A stretch of DNA of 64,000 nucleotides from Coriobacteriia bacterium (GTDB lineage: Bacteria > Actinomycetota > Coriobacteriia > Anaerosomatales > SLCP01): NCBI GenBank assembly GCA_014859265.1, contig JACUUN010000001.1, positions 9,383 to 73,382 on the forward strand. Direction: 5' to 3'. The notes below the pieces were generated by a model, which searched no databases, was not told the DNA's origin, and was given only the letters and a program-made list of their open reading frames with translations. This document shows positions 26,622 to 36,107 of this stretch, in pieces; position 1 is the first letter of the stretch, and each line of letters opens with the position of its first letter. Position numbers and translations under genes: made by a program.

Positions 26622-27191
26622 ATGGCGTATCTGGTGGCGGGCCTGGGCAACCCGGGCCCGCGCTACGAGATCACCCGTCACAACGCGGGCTTCATGGTGG
26701 TCGACCACCTCGCGGAAGGACTATGCGCCACCTACTGGAAGGACGAGAGCGGCGCCAGGACCGCTGCGGTTCGCTTCGGTGATTCCGAGGTGGTGCTCGC
26801 CAAGCCCCAGTCGTTCATGAACGTCTCCGGCAACGCGGTTAGCCGCCTCGTCGAGCACTACGAGGTGCCGCTCGAGCGCTTGATCGTGGTGCACGACGAC
26901 ATCGACCTGCCGGAGGGCACGGTCCGCGTGAGGAACGGCGGCGGCCACGGTGGGCACAACGGGCTGCGCTCGCTTCATCAGCGGCTCGGCAGCGGCGACT
27001 ATCTGAGGGTGAGGATCGGGGCGGGCCGCCCCCCAGGAAGGCAGGACCCCGCCGACTACGTGCTCGAGCCCATGGGACGCGTGGCGGCCGAGAAGATGGG
27101 CGAGGCCGTGCTGCTCGGAGAGCGGGCCGTGCTGCACATCATCGAGCATGGAGTCGATTCGGCGATGAACGAGTTCAACACCCGCGAGTGA
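26622..27191 (+). CDS. pth: Peptidyl-tRNA hydrolase
   Basis: 'LVAGLGNPGPRYEITRHNAGFMVVD' and 'GGHGGHNGLRS'. Confidence 0.95.
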   Translation: MAYLVAGLGNPGPRYEITRHNAGFMVVDHLAEGLCATYWKDESGARTAAVRFGDSEVVLAKPQSFMNVSGNAVSRLVEHYEVPLERLIVVHDDIDLPEGTVRVRNGGGHGGHNGLRSLHQRLGSGDYLRVRIGAGRPPGRQDPADYVLEPMGRVAAEKMGEAVLLGERAVLHIIEHGVDSAMNEFNTRE

Positions 27192-27227
27192 GCGCGTGTG
27201 GGCCGGTGCCGCAGATGCGCCCCGCGA

Positions 27228-28442
27228 TCAGCGCAGGTACGCGATCGGATCGGTCGACGACCCGTTGATGCGCACTTCGAAGTGCAGGTGTGGACCGGTC
27301 GAGTATCCGGTCGATCCGACGAGTGCGATGGCCTGGCCTTTCGTGACGTGCTGCCCCTTGGAGACCTGGATGCCTCCGTCGAGGATATGCGCATACAGGG
27401 TGGTGAGGCCGTCGCCGTGATCGATGACGATGATGTTGCCGTATCCGCCGTTCCAGCCGTACTCGGCGCGGATCACGCTGCCGTCACCGGCAGCGACGAT
27501 CGTCCCGCCACCCCGGCTGATGTCGATTCCGTGATGGAACCGCCGCGTCTTGAAGATCGGATGCATCCTCCAGCCGTACGCCGAGGAGAGTGTGCCGCCG
27601 GGCACCGGCCAGGCCATGATGCCGCCGTGGTACTGCCCGGAACCCCGTGATGCTGCCGCGCGCAACTCGGCTTCCATGCGCCGTGCTGCGGCCTCCTCCT
27701 CCTCGGCCTGCGCCTTCCAGCGTTCGGCATCGGCTTCGCTCGCCTGCATGAGTGCGGTCTTCTCGTTCTGTGCGGCCTGCTGGCCGTTGATGGCCGCCTG
27801 CCGCTGCGATCGCAGCGAGCGCAGGTTCTTCTCGACCGCCGCGGCCTCGGCTCGCTTCGCCGACGCGGTCTGGAGCGCGCGCTCCAGACCGCCACGCGCT
27901 GTCTCCAGCTGCTTGCCGGTGTGTATTAGCTGGACGGCCATGTCGTTGTTCGAGCTGATGACACGCTGGACGAGCGTGGTGCGTGTGATGAGGTCGTTGA
28001 TGGTCTTCGAGTCGAGCAGGAGGTCGAGGTAGAACAGCGTGCCCTGCTTGTACGAGGCGGTCATCCGCTCGTTGAGGAGCCCCTGCTGGAACTCGTACTC
28101 CGCTTCGGTCTCGGCGATCTCGGCTTCCTTGTCGGCGATCTTCGCCTCAAGGTCGTGAACCTCGCTGAGCAGCCGCTGGGTGCGGGCTGTGGCCTCGGCG
28201 ATCTGCGGGTCGAGCTCGCGAATCTGGCCGCCGAGGTCGCGGATCTTCTCGTCGATGACCTTCGTCTCTTCGCGCAGCTCCGCGGCGCGCGTCTCGGCGG
28301 TCTTGGCGGCCTCGCGGGCCTGCTCGGCGCGCTGGCGCGACGCCTCGATCTCCTCACGCGTGGCACCTGGTGCGAGAGTCACCGCGGAGAGCAGGAAGAC
28401 GACTGAGAGAATGAACGCGAGATATGCGCGGCTGCGATGCAT
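27228..28442 (-). CDS. Coiled-coil M23 family peptidoglycan endopeptidase (second paralog)
   Basis: Signal 'LAFILSVVFLLSAV', a long coiled coil, and intact 'HHGIDIS' and 'GPHLHFEVR' motifs. I chose the start at ATG 28442. Confidence 0.85.
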   Translation of the reverse strand: MHRSRAYLAFILSVVFLLSAVTLAPGATREEIEASRQRAEQAREAAKTAETRAAELREETKVIDEKIRDLGGQIRELDPQIAEATARTQRLLSEVHDLEAKIADKEAEIAETEAEYEFQQGLLNERMTASYKQGTLFYLDLLLDSKTINDLITRTTLVQRVISSNNDMAVQLIHTGKQLETARGGLERALQTASAKRAEAAAVEKNLRSLRSQRQAAINGQQAAQNEKTALMQASEADAERWKAQAEEEEAAARRMEAELRAAASRGSGQYHGGIMAWPVPGGTLSSAYGWRMHPIFKTRRFHHGIDISRGGGTIVAAGDGSVIRAEYGWNGGYGNIIVIDHGDGLTTLYAHILDGGIQVSKGQHVTKGQAIALVGSTGYSTGPHLHFEVRINGSSTDPIAYLR

Positions 28443-28516
28443 TGCTGTAGTACCTCCGGTGGGCGGTGTTAGGTTGTATATCGGCAGTTCGCCCCGGAAG
28501 GCGCAGGTCGAAATCG

Positions 28517-28546
28517 ATACTACCAGCACAGAGGGGTATAGTTCAA
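28517..28546 (-). promoter_or_regulatory. Candidate promoter (TTGAAC-18-TAGTAT) of the M23 gene
   Basis: Read on the minus strand: -35 at 28546-28541 and -10 at 28522-28517. Confidence 0.4.
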
Positions 28547-28594
28547 ACTAAGAGGCCGGAAGCCGGCCCGACACAGAAGGAGAGGGGAACGACC

Positions 28595-28975
28595 ATGGAT
28601 GAAACCACTGGAACTCCTGGGCCCCCGCCCACGCCCCCGATGCCGCCCGCACCGTCTGCGTCGGGAGACCGGCCGGACCCTGCGAGTGATACGAGCAAGC
28701 TTCTCGTCGCGGTAGGGTATATCGTCTGGATAGTTGCCCTGATCGCGATACTGATCGACCCGTACAAAGAGGAGAAGTTCGTCAAGTTCCACGCTGTCCA
28801 GGCGCTCGCCCTGGGTGTCGCAGTGATGATCTCCTGGATGATCCCGATCATCGGATGGATTGTGGGGATTGTCCTCTTCGTTTTCCAGATTCTCGGCGCG
28901 ATCAAAGCTTTCCAGGGCAAGTACTACGAGATGCCGATTATCTACGGCCTGGTCAAGGGCTTCATCGGCGAGTAG
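28595..28975 (+). CDS. Small membrane protein (DUF4870-like)
   Basis: Pro-rich N-terminus, then 'VGYIVWIVALIAILI....KFVKFHAVQAL' and two further TM helices. Confidence 0.65.
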   Translation: MDETTGTPGPPPTPPMPPAPSASGDRPDPASDTSKLLVAVGYIVWIVALIAILIDPYKEEKFVKFHAVQALALGVAVMISWMIPIIGWIVGIVLFVFQILGAIKAFQGKYYEMPIIYGLVKGFIGE

Positions 28976-28990
28976 ACCGACGACGCAGGA

Positions 28991-29956
28991 CTAGGAACCC
29001 GTTTCGGCTATCCTCCACGACGCCCCTTCAGGGCCGGGCACGATCCGTGTCCGGCCCCCGTCGTCTACGAGCACCAGGCCGAGCCCGTACTCTTCGGCGT
29101 AGGCGACGGCCGCGTCGGGCCCGGCCACGAAGAGCGCCGTCGAGAGGATGTCGGAGTCGAGCCCCGGGATGTCGCCGACCACGGTGAGCGAGCGCAGTCC
29201 GCGCGCGGGCAGGCCGGTCGCGGGGTCGAGGATGTGGTGATAGCGCACGCCGTCGCGCTCGAAGTAGCGCTGGTAGTCGCCGGAGGTCGAGACGGTGATG
29301 TCGCCGGTCGCTTCCACGGTGGCGATGACCGCTTGGGTGTCGCGCGGGTCCTCGATGCCGATGCGCCATGGCTCACCGTCGGGCTTCTCTCCGAACGCGA
29401 GCGTGGTGCTGCCCGAGGACAGGAGCGCCGCGCCCACGGTGCCGTCTGCCCGCAGCGCGGTGGCGGCCTCGTGGAGTGCGAGTCCCTTGGCCGCGCCGCC
29501 GAAGTCCCACCGGGGATCTGCGAGCGCCGCTTCGAGGTCTGCAGGGGCCGGGACGCGCCCGCCCTCCTCGAAGGCCCAGGCATCGGTCGCCGCCCAGAGC
29601 TGCGGCGAGAACCACTCCCGCACCTCGAGGTCGCGGACGGCGTCGAGCACGGCCCTCGCACGCAGGGGAAGCGCGACGAGCGATGGGTCTTCCGCCGCAT
29701 TGATGCGACCGATCTCCGAGCCAGGATCGTGCGCGTCGAGCTCCGCCTCGACCGCATCCATCGCGGCGTAGGCAGCGTCGGCTGACGCGCGCATCGCCTC
29801 CTCGTCGGGGCCGTACGCGGTGATTGCGACGACCGTACCCAGCGCCTCGCGGCTCTCGCGCATCGGCTCGGGCGCCCTCGAGCACGAGGCAAGGAGCAAG
29901 ACCGCGGCAAGCAGCGCGCCGAGCGCGGTGGCATGTCGTCGGAGCAAGCGTCGCAC
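28991..29956 (-). CDS. apbE: FAD:protein FMN transferase lipoprotein
   Basis: Lipobox 'LLLASCS'. 'WDFGGAAKGLALHEA' and 'VSTSGDYQRYFERDGVRYHHILDPATG' are ApbE motifs. GTG start at 29956 with a GAGGAGA RBS. The tracked 554-aa ORF is over-extended. Confidence 0.85.
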   Translation of the reverse strand: MRRLLRRHATALGALLAAVLLLASCSRAPEPMRESREALGTVVAITAYGPDEEAMRASADAAYAAMDAVEAELDAHDPGSEIGRINAAEDPSLVALPLRARAVLDAVRDLEVREWFSPQLWAATDAWAFEEGGRVPAPADLEAALADPRWDFGGAAKGLALHEAATALRADGTVGAALLSSGSTTLAFGEKPDGEPWRIGIEDPRDTQAVIATVEATGDITVSTSGDYQRYFERDGVRYHHILDPATGLPARGLRSLTVVGDIPGLDSDILSTALFVAGPDAAVAYAEEYGLGLVLVDDGGRTRIVPGPEGASWRIAETGS

Positions 29957-30046
29957 GGTCTCTCCTCGGCGGGATGACGGACGGTCGGCAACTAGTATAC
30001 TTGTGCGATACGTAGCCGACCGGTGCGGCGCTCCATTGGAGGTCAG

Positions 30047-30886
30047 ATGTTCGAGATAATAGACAAGCGGCAGCTTTCCGAGGCCGTGTTCGAAATGGGC
30101 GTGCTTGCTCCCCGTGTCGCCCGCAAGATTCGCGCCGGGCAGTTCTTCATCATCCGGACGACTGAGAATGGCGAACGTGTGCCCTTCACGTTCTCGGACT
30201 GGTCTGCCGAGGAGGGCTGGATCCGCTTCATCTTCATGCGGGTGGGCAAGACCACCCACGAGATCTCTCACTTCGAGGTCGGGGATACCATCGCCGATGT
30301 GGTGGGGCCGCTCGGCGTGCCGACCCATGTCGAGGATCTTGGCCGCATCGCGATTATCGGCGGCGGTGTGGGGGCGGCAGTCGCCTACCCGGTGGCGCGC
30401 GCGATGGCAGCCGCCGGCAACCCGGTGACGGTGGTCCTCGGCGCGCGCAACGAAGACCTGCTCATCTTGCGCGAGGAGTTCGAGGCCTTGCCGCTCGAAC
30501 GTCTGCTGATCGTGACCGACGACGGCTCGGTCGGCGAGAAGGGGCTGGTGACGGCGCCGCTCAAGCGTCTTGCCGAGGCCGGTGAGATCGACCACGCGAT
30601 GGCGATAGGCCCGGCGATCATGATGAAGTTCTGCGCGGCCACCGCCAAAGAGCACGGCGTTCCGTGCACAGTCTCGCTCAACCCGATCATGGTGGACGGT
30701 ACCGGGATGTGCGGCTCATGCCGGGTGAGCGTGGGCGGGGTGACACGCTTCGGCTGCGTCGACGGCCCGGACTTCGACGGCTGGGAGGTCGACTTCGAGG
30801 AGCTCATGAGCCGACAGCGGGTTTACGTCGATGACGAACGTGCCGCCGACGCCGAGTACTCGAGGGGGTGCTCATGCGATCTGTAG
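30047..30886 (+). CDS. nfnA: NADH-dependent reduced ferredoxin:NADP oxidoreductase subunit A (sulfide dehydrogenase-like FAD/NAD protein)
   Basis: Colinear with T. maritima NfnA: 'GQFFIIR..ENGERVPFT', 'GPAIMMKF' and 'SLNPIMVDGTGMCGSCRV'. Confidence 0.85.
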   Translation: MFEIIDKRQLSEAVFEMGVLAPRVARKIRAGQFFIIRTTENGERVPFTFSDWSAEEGWIRFIFMRVGKTTHEISHFEVGDTIADVVGPLGVPTHVEDLGRIAIIGGGVGAAVAYPVARAMAAAGNPVTVVLGARNEDLLILREEFEALPLERLLIVTDDGSVGEKGLVTAPLKRLAEAGEIDHAMAIGPAIMMKFCAATAKEHGVPCTVSLNPIMVDGTGMCGSCRVSVGGVTRFGCVDGPDFDGWEVDFEELMSRQRVYVDDERAADAEYSRGCSCDL

Positions 30887-32325
30887 AGCCCGATCCTGTC
30901 GAGGCGAAGCCGCGTCATCGTCCCTCGCGAGCCCCCCGTACGGCCATGCCCGAGCGTGACGCGCGCGAGCGCGCCGGAGACTTCGACGAGGTCGCGCTCG
31001 GCTACACGGAGGAGCTCGCACGCGCCGAGGCCATGCGGTGCCTGCAGTGCCGCAACGCGACGTGCATCGAGGGGTGCCCGGTCAACATCGACATCAAGGC
31101 GTTCGTCGGCCACATCATCGAGGGTGACTACGAGAAGGGCGTGGCGGTGCTCAAGGAGCGCAACGCCCTGCCGGCGATGTGCGGCCGCGTCTGCCCGCAG
31201 GAGGACCAGTGCGAGATCGCGTGCGTGCTCGCGAAGAAGGGCGAGCCGGTCGCAATCGGCCGCCTCGAGCGCTGGCTCGGCGACTACGATCTAGCCTGCG
31301 AGCTCGATAAGCGCTGCGTGCCCGAGATCGCCCCGCCAAGCGGGTTTCGCTGCGCGGTCGTGGGCTCCGGTCCGGCTGGCCTGGCGTGCGCCGGTGAGCT
31401 GGCTCGTCTCGGTCACGCGGTCACCATCTTCGAGTCGCTCCATGCCCCGGGCGGCGTGCTCACCTACGGCATCCCCGAGTTTCGCCTGCCCAAGGCAATC
31501 GTCGAGTCCGAGATCTTCATGCTCACGGAGATGGGCGTGGAGATCGTGACCGACGCGGTCATCGGCGCCACCTACACGCTCGACGAGCTCATGAACGAGG
31601 AGGGCCACGACGCGGTCTTCATCGGCTCGGGCGCCGGGCTCCCGGTCTTCCTCGGCGTGCCGGGCGAGAACCTCAACGGCGTCTACTCCGCTAACGAGTT
31701 CCTCACGCGCGTGAACCTCATGCGAGCATACGAGTTCCCGAAGGCAGACACGCCGGTCGCCCGCGGGCGCAAGGTGGCCGTCATCGGCGGTGGCAACGTC
31801 GCGATGGACTCGGCTCGCACAGCCCTCAGGCTCGGCGCCGAGGAGGTCTTCCTCGTCTATCGGCGCACCGAGGACGAGATGCCGGCGCGGCGCGACGAGG
31901 TCCATCACGCGCGCGAGGAGGGCGTGAAGTTCAAGATGCTCTGCGCGCCGTCTGAGATCGTCGGGCGCGATGGGTTCGTGACCGGGCTCGTGGCTACGCG
32001 CATGGAGCTCGGTGAGCCCGACGAGAGCGGTCGCCGCGCTCCGGTGTGCGTAATGGACAGCGAGTTCGAGATTGAGTGTGACATCGTGATCGTCGCCGTT
32101 GGGACCCGCGCGAATCCGCTTCTCGCCCAGGCGGCGCCCGATCTCGAGCGCTCGAGCCGCGGGTACGTGCTCACCGATGACGAGGGCGCGACGAACCTTC
32201 CGGGCGTGTTCGCGGGTGGCGACATCGTCACCGGCGCGGCGACTGTCATCCTCGCGATGGGCGCGGGCAAGAAGGCCGCCCGTGCGATGGATCGCTGGCT
32301 GGCCGACCGCGCCATCGAGGTCTGA
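30874..32325 (+). CDS. nfnB: NfnB / glutamate synthase small-subunit-like NADPH oxidoreductase
   Basis: 'FDEVALGYTEE', 'CLQC....C..GCPV', 'LPAMCGRVCPQEDQCE' and the dinucleotide motif 'VVGSGPAGLA'. It overlaps nfnA; the start is ATG 30874 or GTG 30868. Confidence 0.85.
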   Translation: MRSVEPDPVEAKPRHRPSRAPRTAMPERDARERAGDFDEVALGYTEELARAEAMRCLQCRNATCIEGCPVNIDIKAFVGHIIEGDYEKGVAVLKERNALPAMCGRVCPQEDQCEIACVLAKKGEPVAIGRLERWLGDYDLACELDKRCVPEIAPPSGFRCAVVGSGPAGLACAGELARLGHAVTIFESLHAPGGVLTYGIPEFRLPKAIVESEIFMLTEMGVEIVTDAVIGATYTLDELMNEEGHDAVFIGSGAGLPVFLGVPGENLNGVYSANEFLTRVNLMRAYEFPKADTPVARGRKVAVIGGGNVAMDSARTALRLGAEEVFLVYRRTEDEMPARRDEVHHAREEGVKFKMLCAPSEIVGRDGFVTGLVATRMELGEPDESGRRAPVCVMDSEFEIECDIVIVAVGTRANPLLAQAAPDLERSSRGYVLTDDEGATNLPGVFAGGDIVTGAATVILAMGAGKKAARAMDRWLADRAIEV

Positions 32326-32326
32326 A

Positions 32327-32348
32327 GGGTACAATCTCGGGTACAATC
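32327..32348 (+). repeat. Tandem direct repeat GGGTACAATC x2 (12-nt period)
   Basis: Copies at 32327-32336 and 32339-32348, each containing a TACAAT -10-like hexamer. Located between nfnB and the LytTR regulator gene. Confidence 0.6.
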
Positions 32349-32404
32349 GGTGGTAGACCGCCGACAGGCGGTATTCTCTCTACGGGTGACTGCCCGACCG
32401 GATT

Positions 32405-33172
32405 GTGGACTTGAGGGGCGTACCGGTGAACGACAGCGTAAGTGTGCTGGTGGTGGACGACGACGCCGCGGTCGTCGAGATGATCCGCATGGGTTTTGAG
32501 GCCGACGGAATGCGTGTCTTCTCGGCGGGCGACGGCGCCGAGGCGATCGAGATCCTTGGCGAAGAGGACATCGACATCGTCGTCCTCGACATTATGATGC
32601 CGAAGGTCGATGGCTGGATGGCACTCATGGAAATCCGTGACAACCCCGAGACCGCCGACGTCCCGGTCATCATGCTCACCGCTAAGACCCAGGATCTTGC
32701 CAAGATCCTTGCCTTCAAACAGGGAGTGCAGCAGTACGTCACCAAACCCTTCAACATCCTCGAGCTTTCGGCGCGCGTCGAGAGCCTCGCGCTCGGCCGG
32801 CGGAAGATGATAGGTCAGATCTCGCGCTCGGCGGACGCTGGCTTCCGCAAGCTCGCGGTTCGCAAGGGCGGACGGACGATCCTGCTCTCCATCGATGACA
32901 TCGTGTTCCTGTCGGCCCGCAACAAGTCCACCTACGCGCACACGTACGAGAACCAGTACCTCATGGATTTCACCCTCGGTGAACTCGAGGAGAAGCTCGG
33001 CAAGGAGTCGTTCGCGCGGATTCACCGCAGCTACATGGTCAACCTCAACAAGGTCCACGAGATCCTGCGCGTCGACGGAGCTTACGTTGTGGTCGCTTCG
33101 GACCGCGATGAGACCCACATCCCAGTCGCGCGCCGCCAGGTGCGTACCTTCCGGGAGGCCGTTGGCATCTGA
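32405..33172 (+). CDS. LytR/AlgR-family response regulator (REC + LytTR), no cognate kinase adjacent
   Basis: REC motifs 'VLVVDDD', 'VVLDIMMPKVDG', 'MLTA' and 'VTKP'. LytTR domain 'ILLSIDDIVFLSARNKSTYAHT...FARIHRSYMVNL'. The start is uncertain (GTG 32405 or 32426). Confidence 0.85.
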   Translation: MDLRGVPVNDSVSVLVVDDDAAVVEMIRMGFEADGMRVFSAGDGAEAIEILGEEDIDIVVLDIMMPKVDGWMALMEIRDNPETADVPVIMLTAKTQDLAKILAFKQGVQQYVTKPFNILELSARVESLALGRRKMIGQISRSADAGFRKLAVRKGGRTILLSIDDIVFLSARNKSTYAHTYENQYLMDFTLGELEEKLGKESFARIHRSYMVNLNKVHEILRVDGAYVVVASDRDETHIPVARRQVRTFREAVGI

Positions 33173-33189
33173 TCCGGTGAGACCGGACA

Positions 33190-34557
33190 TTAGTTCCTCA
33201 GGCTGCCGAGCGGTGCGGGGAAGCGTCCGCCACGCCGAATGAGTCGGGTTCCGGCCCAGCCGTTCACCGACATCACCGGTGCTGCGCCGAACAGCCCCCC
33301 GTACTCGACCGTGTCGCCCACGGACTTGCCCGCGGCCGGTATGAGGCGGGTGGCGGTGGTCTTGTTGTTGATGACGCCGATCGCGCAGGCATCCGCTATG
33401 ACCGCTGCGAGGGTCTCCACCGGCGTGTCGCCGGGGATGACGATCATGTCGAGGCCCACCGAGCACACGCTCGTCATCGCCTCGAGCTTCTCGAGTGTCA
33501 GCGCACCGTCTTCGACCGCGCGTACCATCCCTGCGTCCTCGGAGACCGGAATGAACGCGCCCGAGAGCCCGCCGATGCTCGAGGTGCCCATCGCGCCACC
33601 CTTCTTGACGGCGTCGTTGAGGAGCGCGAGTGCCATGGTCGTGCCCGGCCCGCCGCACCGCTCAACGCCGATGGCCTCGATGATGGCGGCAACACTGTCG
33701 CCCTCGGCAGGGGTCGGCGCGAGCGAGAGGTCGACGATGCCCATCTCGACTCCGAGCCTGCGTGCGGCCTCGCGTGCGATGAGCTCGCCGGCCCGCGTGA
33801 TCTTAAACGCTGTGGCCTTGATGGCCTCGGCGACGGCGGTCAGATCGGCATCCTCCGGCAGCGCGGAAACAACCGCGCGTACCACGCCCGGACCCGAGAT
33901 GCCGACGTTGACGACTACGTCGGGCTCTCCGGCGCCGTGCATCGCACCCGCCATGAAGGGGTTGTCCTCCACCATGTTGCTGAAGACCACAAGCTTGCCG
34001 CAGCCGAACGAGTCGCGATCGGCGGTCCGCTCTGCGGTCTCCTTGATGACTTCGGCCATTCGCAGGACGGCGTCCATGTTGATGCCCGCGCGGGTTGATG
34101 CCACGTTGACCGAGGCGCAGACCCGTTCGGTCGCCGAGAGCGCGTGCGGGATCGAGGCGATGAGCCGGGCGTCGCCGTCGCCGGTGCCCTTGTGCACGAG
34201 CGCCGAGAAACCGCCCGCGAAGTCGACGCCGATTTCGCACGCCGCGCGGTCAAGCGCCTCGGCGAGCGGCGTCACGTCGGCGTCACGGCACGCCGATGCC
34301 AGGTGCGCCATCGGCGTGATCGCGATGCGCTTGTTGACGATCGGGATGCCGTACTCGCGGCTGATGGCCTCACAGACCGGCACGAGGCGCTCTGCGCGCT
34401 CCACGACCGCCTCGTAGACCTTCTTCGACATGGTCTCGAGGTCTTCGTCGGCGCAGTGCTCGAGCGAGAGCCCGAGCGTGACGGTGCGGATGTCGAGGTT
34501 CTGCTGGGTGATCATCAGCAGGGTCTCGACGACCTCCTCCGGGGAGATGTTCAGCAT
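33190..34557 (-). CDS. UPF0210 (DUF711, PFL-like) family protein
   Basis: '[17 protein letters not shown]', '[10 protein letters not shown]' and '[13 protein letters not shown]' are characteristic. I chose the start at ATG 34557. Confidence 0.85.
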   Translation of the reverse strand: MLNISPEEVVETLLMITQQNLDIRTVTLGLSLEHCADEDLETMSKKVYEAVVERAERLVPVCEAISREYGIPIVNKRIAITPMAHLASACRDADVTPLAEALDRAACEIGVDFAGGFSALVHKGTGDGDARLIASIPHALSATERVCASVNVASTRAGINMDAVLRMAEVIKETAERTADRDSFGCGKLVVFSNMVEDNPFMAGAMHGAGEPDVVVNVGISGPGVVRAVVSALPEDADLTAVAEAIKATAFKITRAGELIAREAARRLGVEMGIVDLSLAPTPAEGDSVAAIIEAIGVERCGGPGTTMALALLNDAVKKGGAMGTSSIGGLSGAFIPVSEDAGMVRAVEDGALTLEKLEAMTSVCSVGLDMIVIPGDTPVETLAAVIADACAIGVINNKTTATRLIPAAGKSVGDTVEYGGLFGAAPVMSVNGWAGTRLIRRGGRFPAPLGSLRN

Positions 34558-34585
34558 GGCGTCCTCGCTCCCGTCCGGGCGGGCG

Positions 34586-34861
34586 TCATATGCGGTGCAT
34601 GAAGCGGAAGACGTCCTCGCGCTGGAAGGTGACCTGGACGCCGATCTCCTCGCCAGCAGCGATGAGGCGCGCCTGCAGCTCGTCAAAGGGTGTGGCGTCC
34701 TCGTCGACGGTGACGAGCATCGTCATCGAGAACATGCCGCCGATGATGGTCTGCCGGATGTCTTCGATGTTGGCGCCGGCGTCAGCGAGGACGCGCGAGA
34801 TGGTAGCGACGAGGCCCACACGGTCCTCGCCGAGGACCGAGAGGATGGCCGGAGTGCGCAT
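34586..34861 (-). CDS. ACT domain protein (UPF0237), partner of UPF0210
   Basis: '[34 protein letters not shown]' ACT fold. It lies immediately upstream of the UPF0210 gene. Confidence 0.85.
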   Translation of the reverse strand: MRTPAILSVLGEDRVGLVATISRVLADAGANIEDIRQTIIGGMFSMTMLVTVDEDATPFDELQARLIAAGEEIGVQVTFQREDVFRFMHRI

Positions 34862-34964
34862 GGGTCGCTCCCTTCGGGTCGCTGGCGTGTGCGGCTATAC
34901 TCGCATATACCGCGTATCGTTGTCTTTCGTGCGGATGTGGAGCGGGTCAGCCGAGGAGGAACGC

Positions 34965-35168
34965 GTGGCCGTACCGATTACCCCGATAGCCCTCGGCGAC
35001 GTGGTTCGCCTCAAGAAGCCGCACCCGTGCGGCACGAACGAGTGGGTGGTGACGCGTGTGGGCATGGACATCGATCTCGAGTGCGGCGCGTGTGGGCGCA
35101 AGGTCAGGCTCGTGCGCTACGAGTTCGACCGCCGCTTCCGGGGATTCGTGCGCCGCGCCGGCGGATGA
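34965..35168 (+). CDS. DUF951 family small protein
   Basis: 'GDVVRLKKPHPCG.NEW.V.R.GMDI.L.C..CGR.V...R..F' matches the DUF951 pattern. GTG start with a GAGGAGGA RBS. Confidence 0.75.
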   Translation: MAVPITPIALGDVVRLKKPHPCGTNEWVVTRVGMDIDLECGACGRKVRLVRYEFDRRFRGFVRRAGG

Positions 35169-35174
35169 TGCGCC

Positions 35175-36107
35175 CTACGACTCGCCCGCCGACTCCGTAG
35201 TTCCCGGCTTCTCGACCCGGTTGAGCTGCATGTGGATGTGATCGCCCGAGTCGGGCGTGTAGTCGGCGAGCTGGTGGTTCACGCGGTCCGAGAGCAGCCG
35301 GACCGAGGCGATACGCGTGATTCCACCCACCACCAGGTCTCCTGCGTGCACGGTGGGATCTGTGACGTGGATGATGATCAGGTCGATCTCGGGCCATCCG
35401 GTCGGCTGGATGTGAATCTCGAGATCCTCGTGGGCGCCGTAGAGCTGGTAGAGCTTGACCTCGATCACTGTCCCGGTCACCGGTGCGAAGACCGGCGCGC
35501 CGGCGAGCGCTCCGACATCAACGGCGGTATTCGGGGGGCCGCTGCGGCTCGCGCGCCACATGCGGATGACCTCGCCGCCGAGGATGGCGGGCTCGGCGGC
35601 GTCAGGATCGCGATTCGGAACCACCCGGCCGGTGCCTCGCTTGTGGTCGGCAAGAGCGGGGTCGGCATCGGGCAGGAGCGACTCCATTGGCAGTGCGTTG
35701 GGGCGGGCAGCCTGGTGGAATGCGAGTTCGGTCAGATCCTGCTCGGCCACGACCAGGTGGAGCTGGAGACTGCGGTAGGTCGCGAAGAGGGGTGTCGCAG
35801 GGCCCTCGGGCTCGCTTTGCCCGGCGGAAGCCGGCAGGACCGATGGATTGGTCGACGGAGACGACAGACCGGTCAGCGCGGAGATATCGCCGGGTACGAC
35901 CGCCCGCCATCCGACGACGAATACCGTGATCGCGAGGGCGGCGAGCATCAGCGCGCGCCGTTGGCGCCGGGCCCGTTCGCGCGCGGCCTTCTGGCGAGCT
36001 CGGCGTGACGCGCATGCGGCATTGCGGGTGGCCGGGCCCACCCGATCGTCCCCGGCCGGCACGGCGTCGTGACACTCACAGCCGGGTGTGCGCACGCCGT
36101 GTGTCAC
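35175..36107 (-). CDS. Membrane-anchored LytM/M23-like protein with a degenerate HxxxD motif
   Basis: TM 'LMLAALAITVFVVGW'. The M23 core is recognisable ('GAPVFAPVTGTVIEV', 'GDHIHMQL'), but the first Zn ligand motif reads 'NTAVD'. The GTG start forms a GTGA overlap with capA. Confidence 0.6.
   Translation of the reverse strand: MTHGVRTPGCECHDAVPAGDDRVGPATRNAACASRRARQKAARERARRQRRALMLAALAITVFVVGWRAVVPGDISALTGLSSPSTNPSVLPASAGQSEPEGPATPLFATYRSLQLHLVVAEQDLTELAFHQAARPNALPMESLLPDADPALADHKRGTGRVVPNRDPDAAEPAILGGEVIRMWRASRSGPPNTAVDVGALAGAPVFAPVTGTVIEVKLYQLYGAHEDLEIHIQPTGWPEIDLIIIHVTDPTVHAGDLVVGGITRIASVRLLSDRVNHQLADYTPDSGDHIHMQLNRVEKPGTTESAGES

Noticed and set aside
29957-30655. N-terminal 233-aa extension of the tracked 554-aa ORF containing ApbE.
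   Set aside because: The extension is antisense to nfnA and has no motifs. ApbE has its own GTG at 29956, with an RBS and a lipoprotein signal directly after it. Similar over-extensions were trimmed at 4582, 10685, 11297, 11866, 17065, 18895, 19929, 20863, 25824, 28529, 34686, 37639, 49015, 52061, 53803, 55080, 56521 and 56941.
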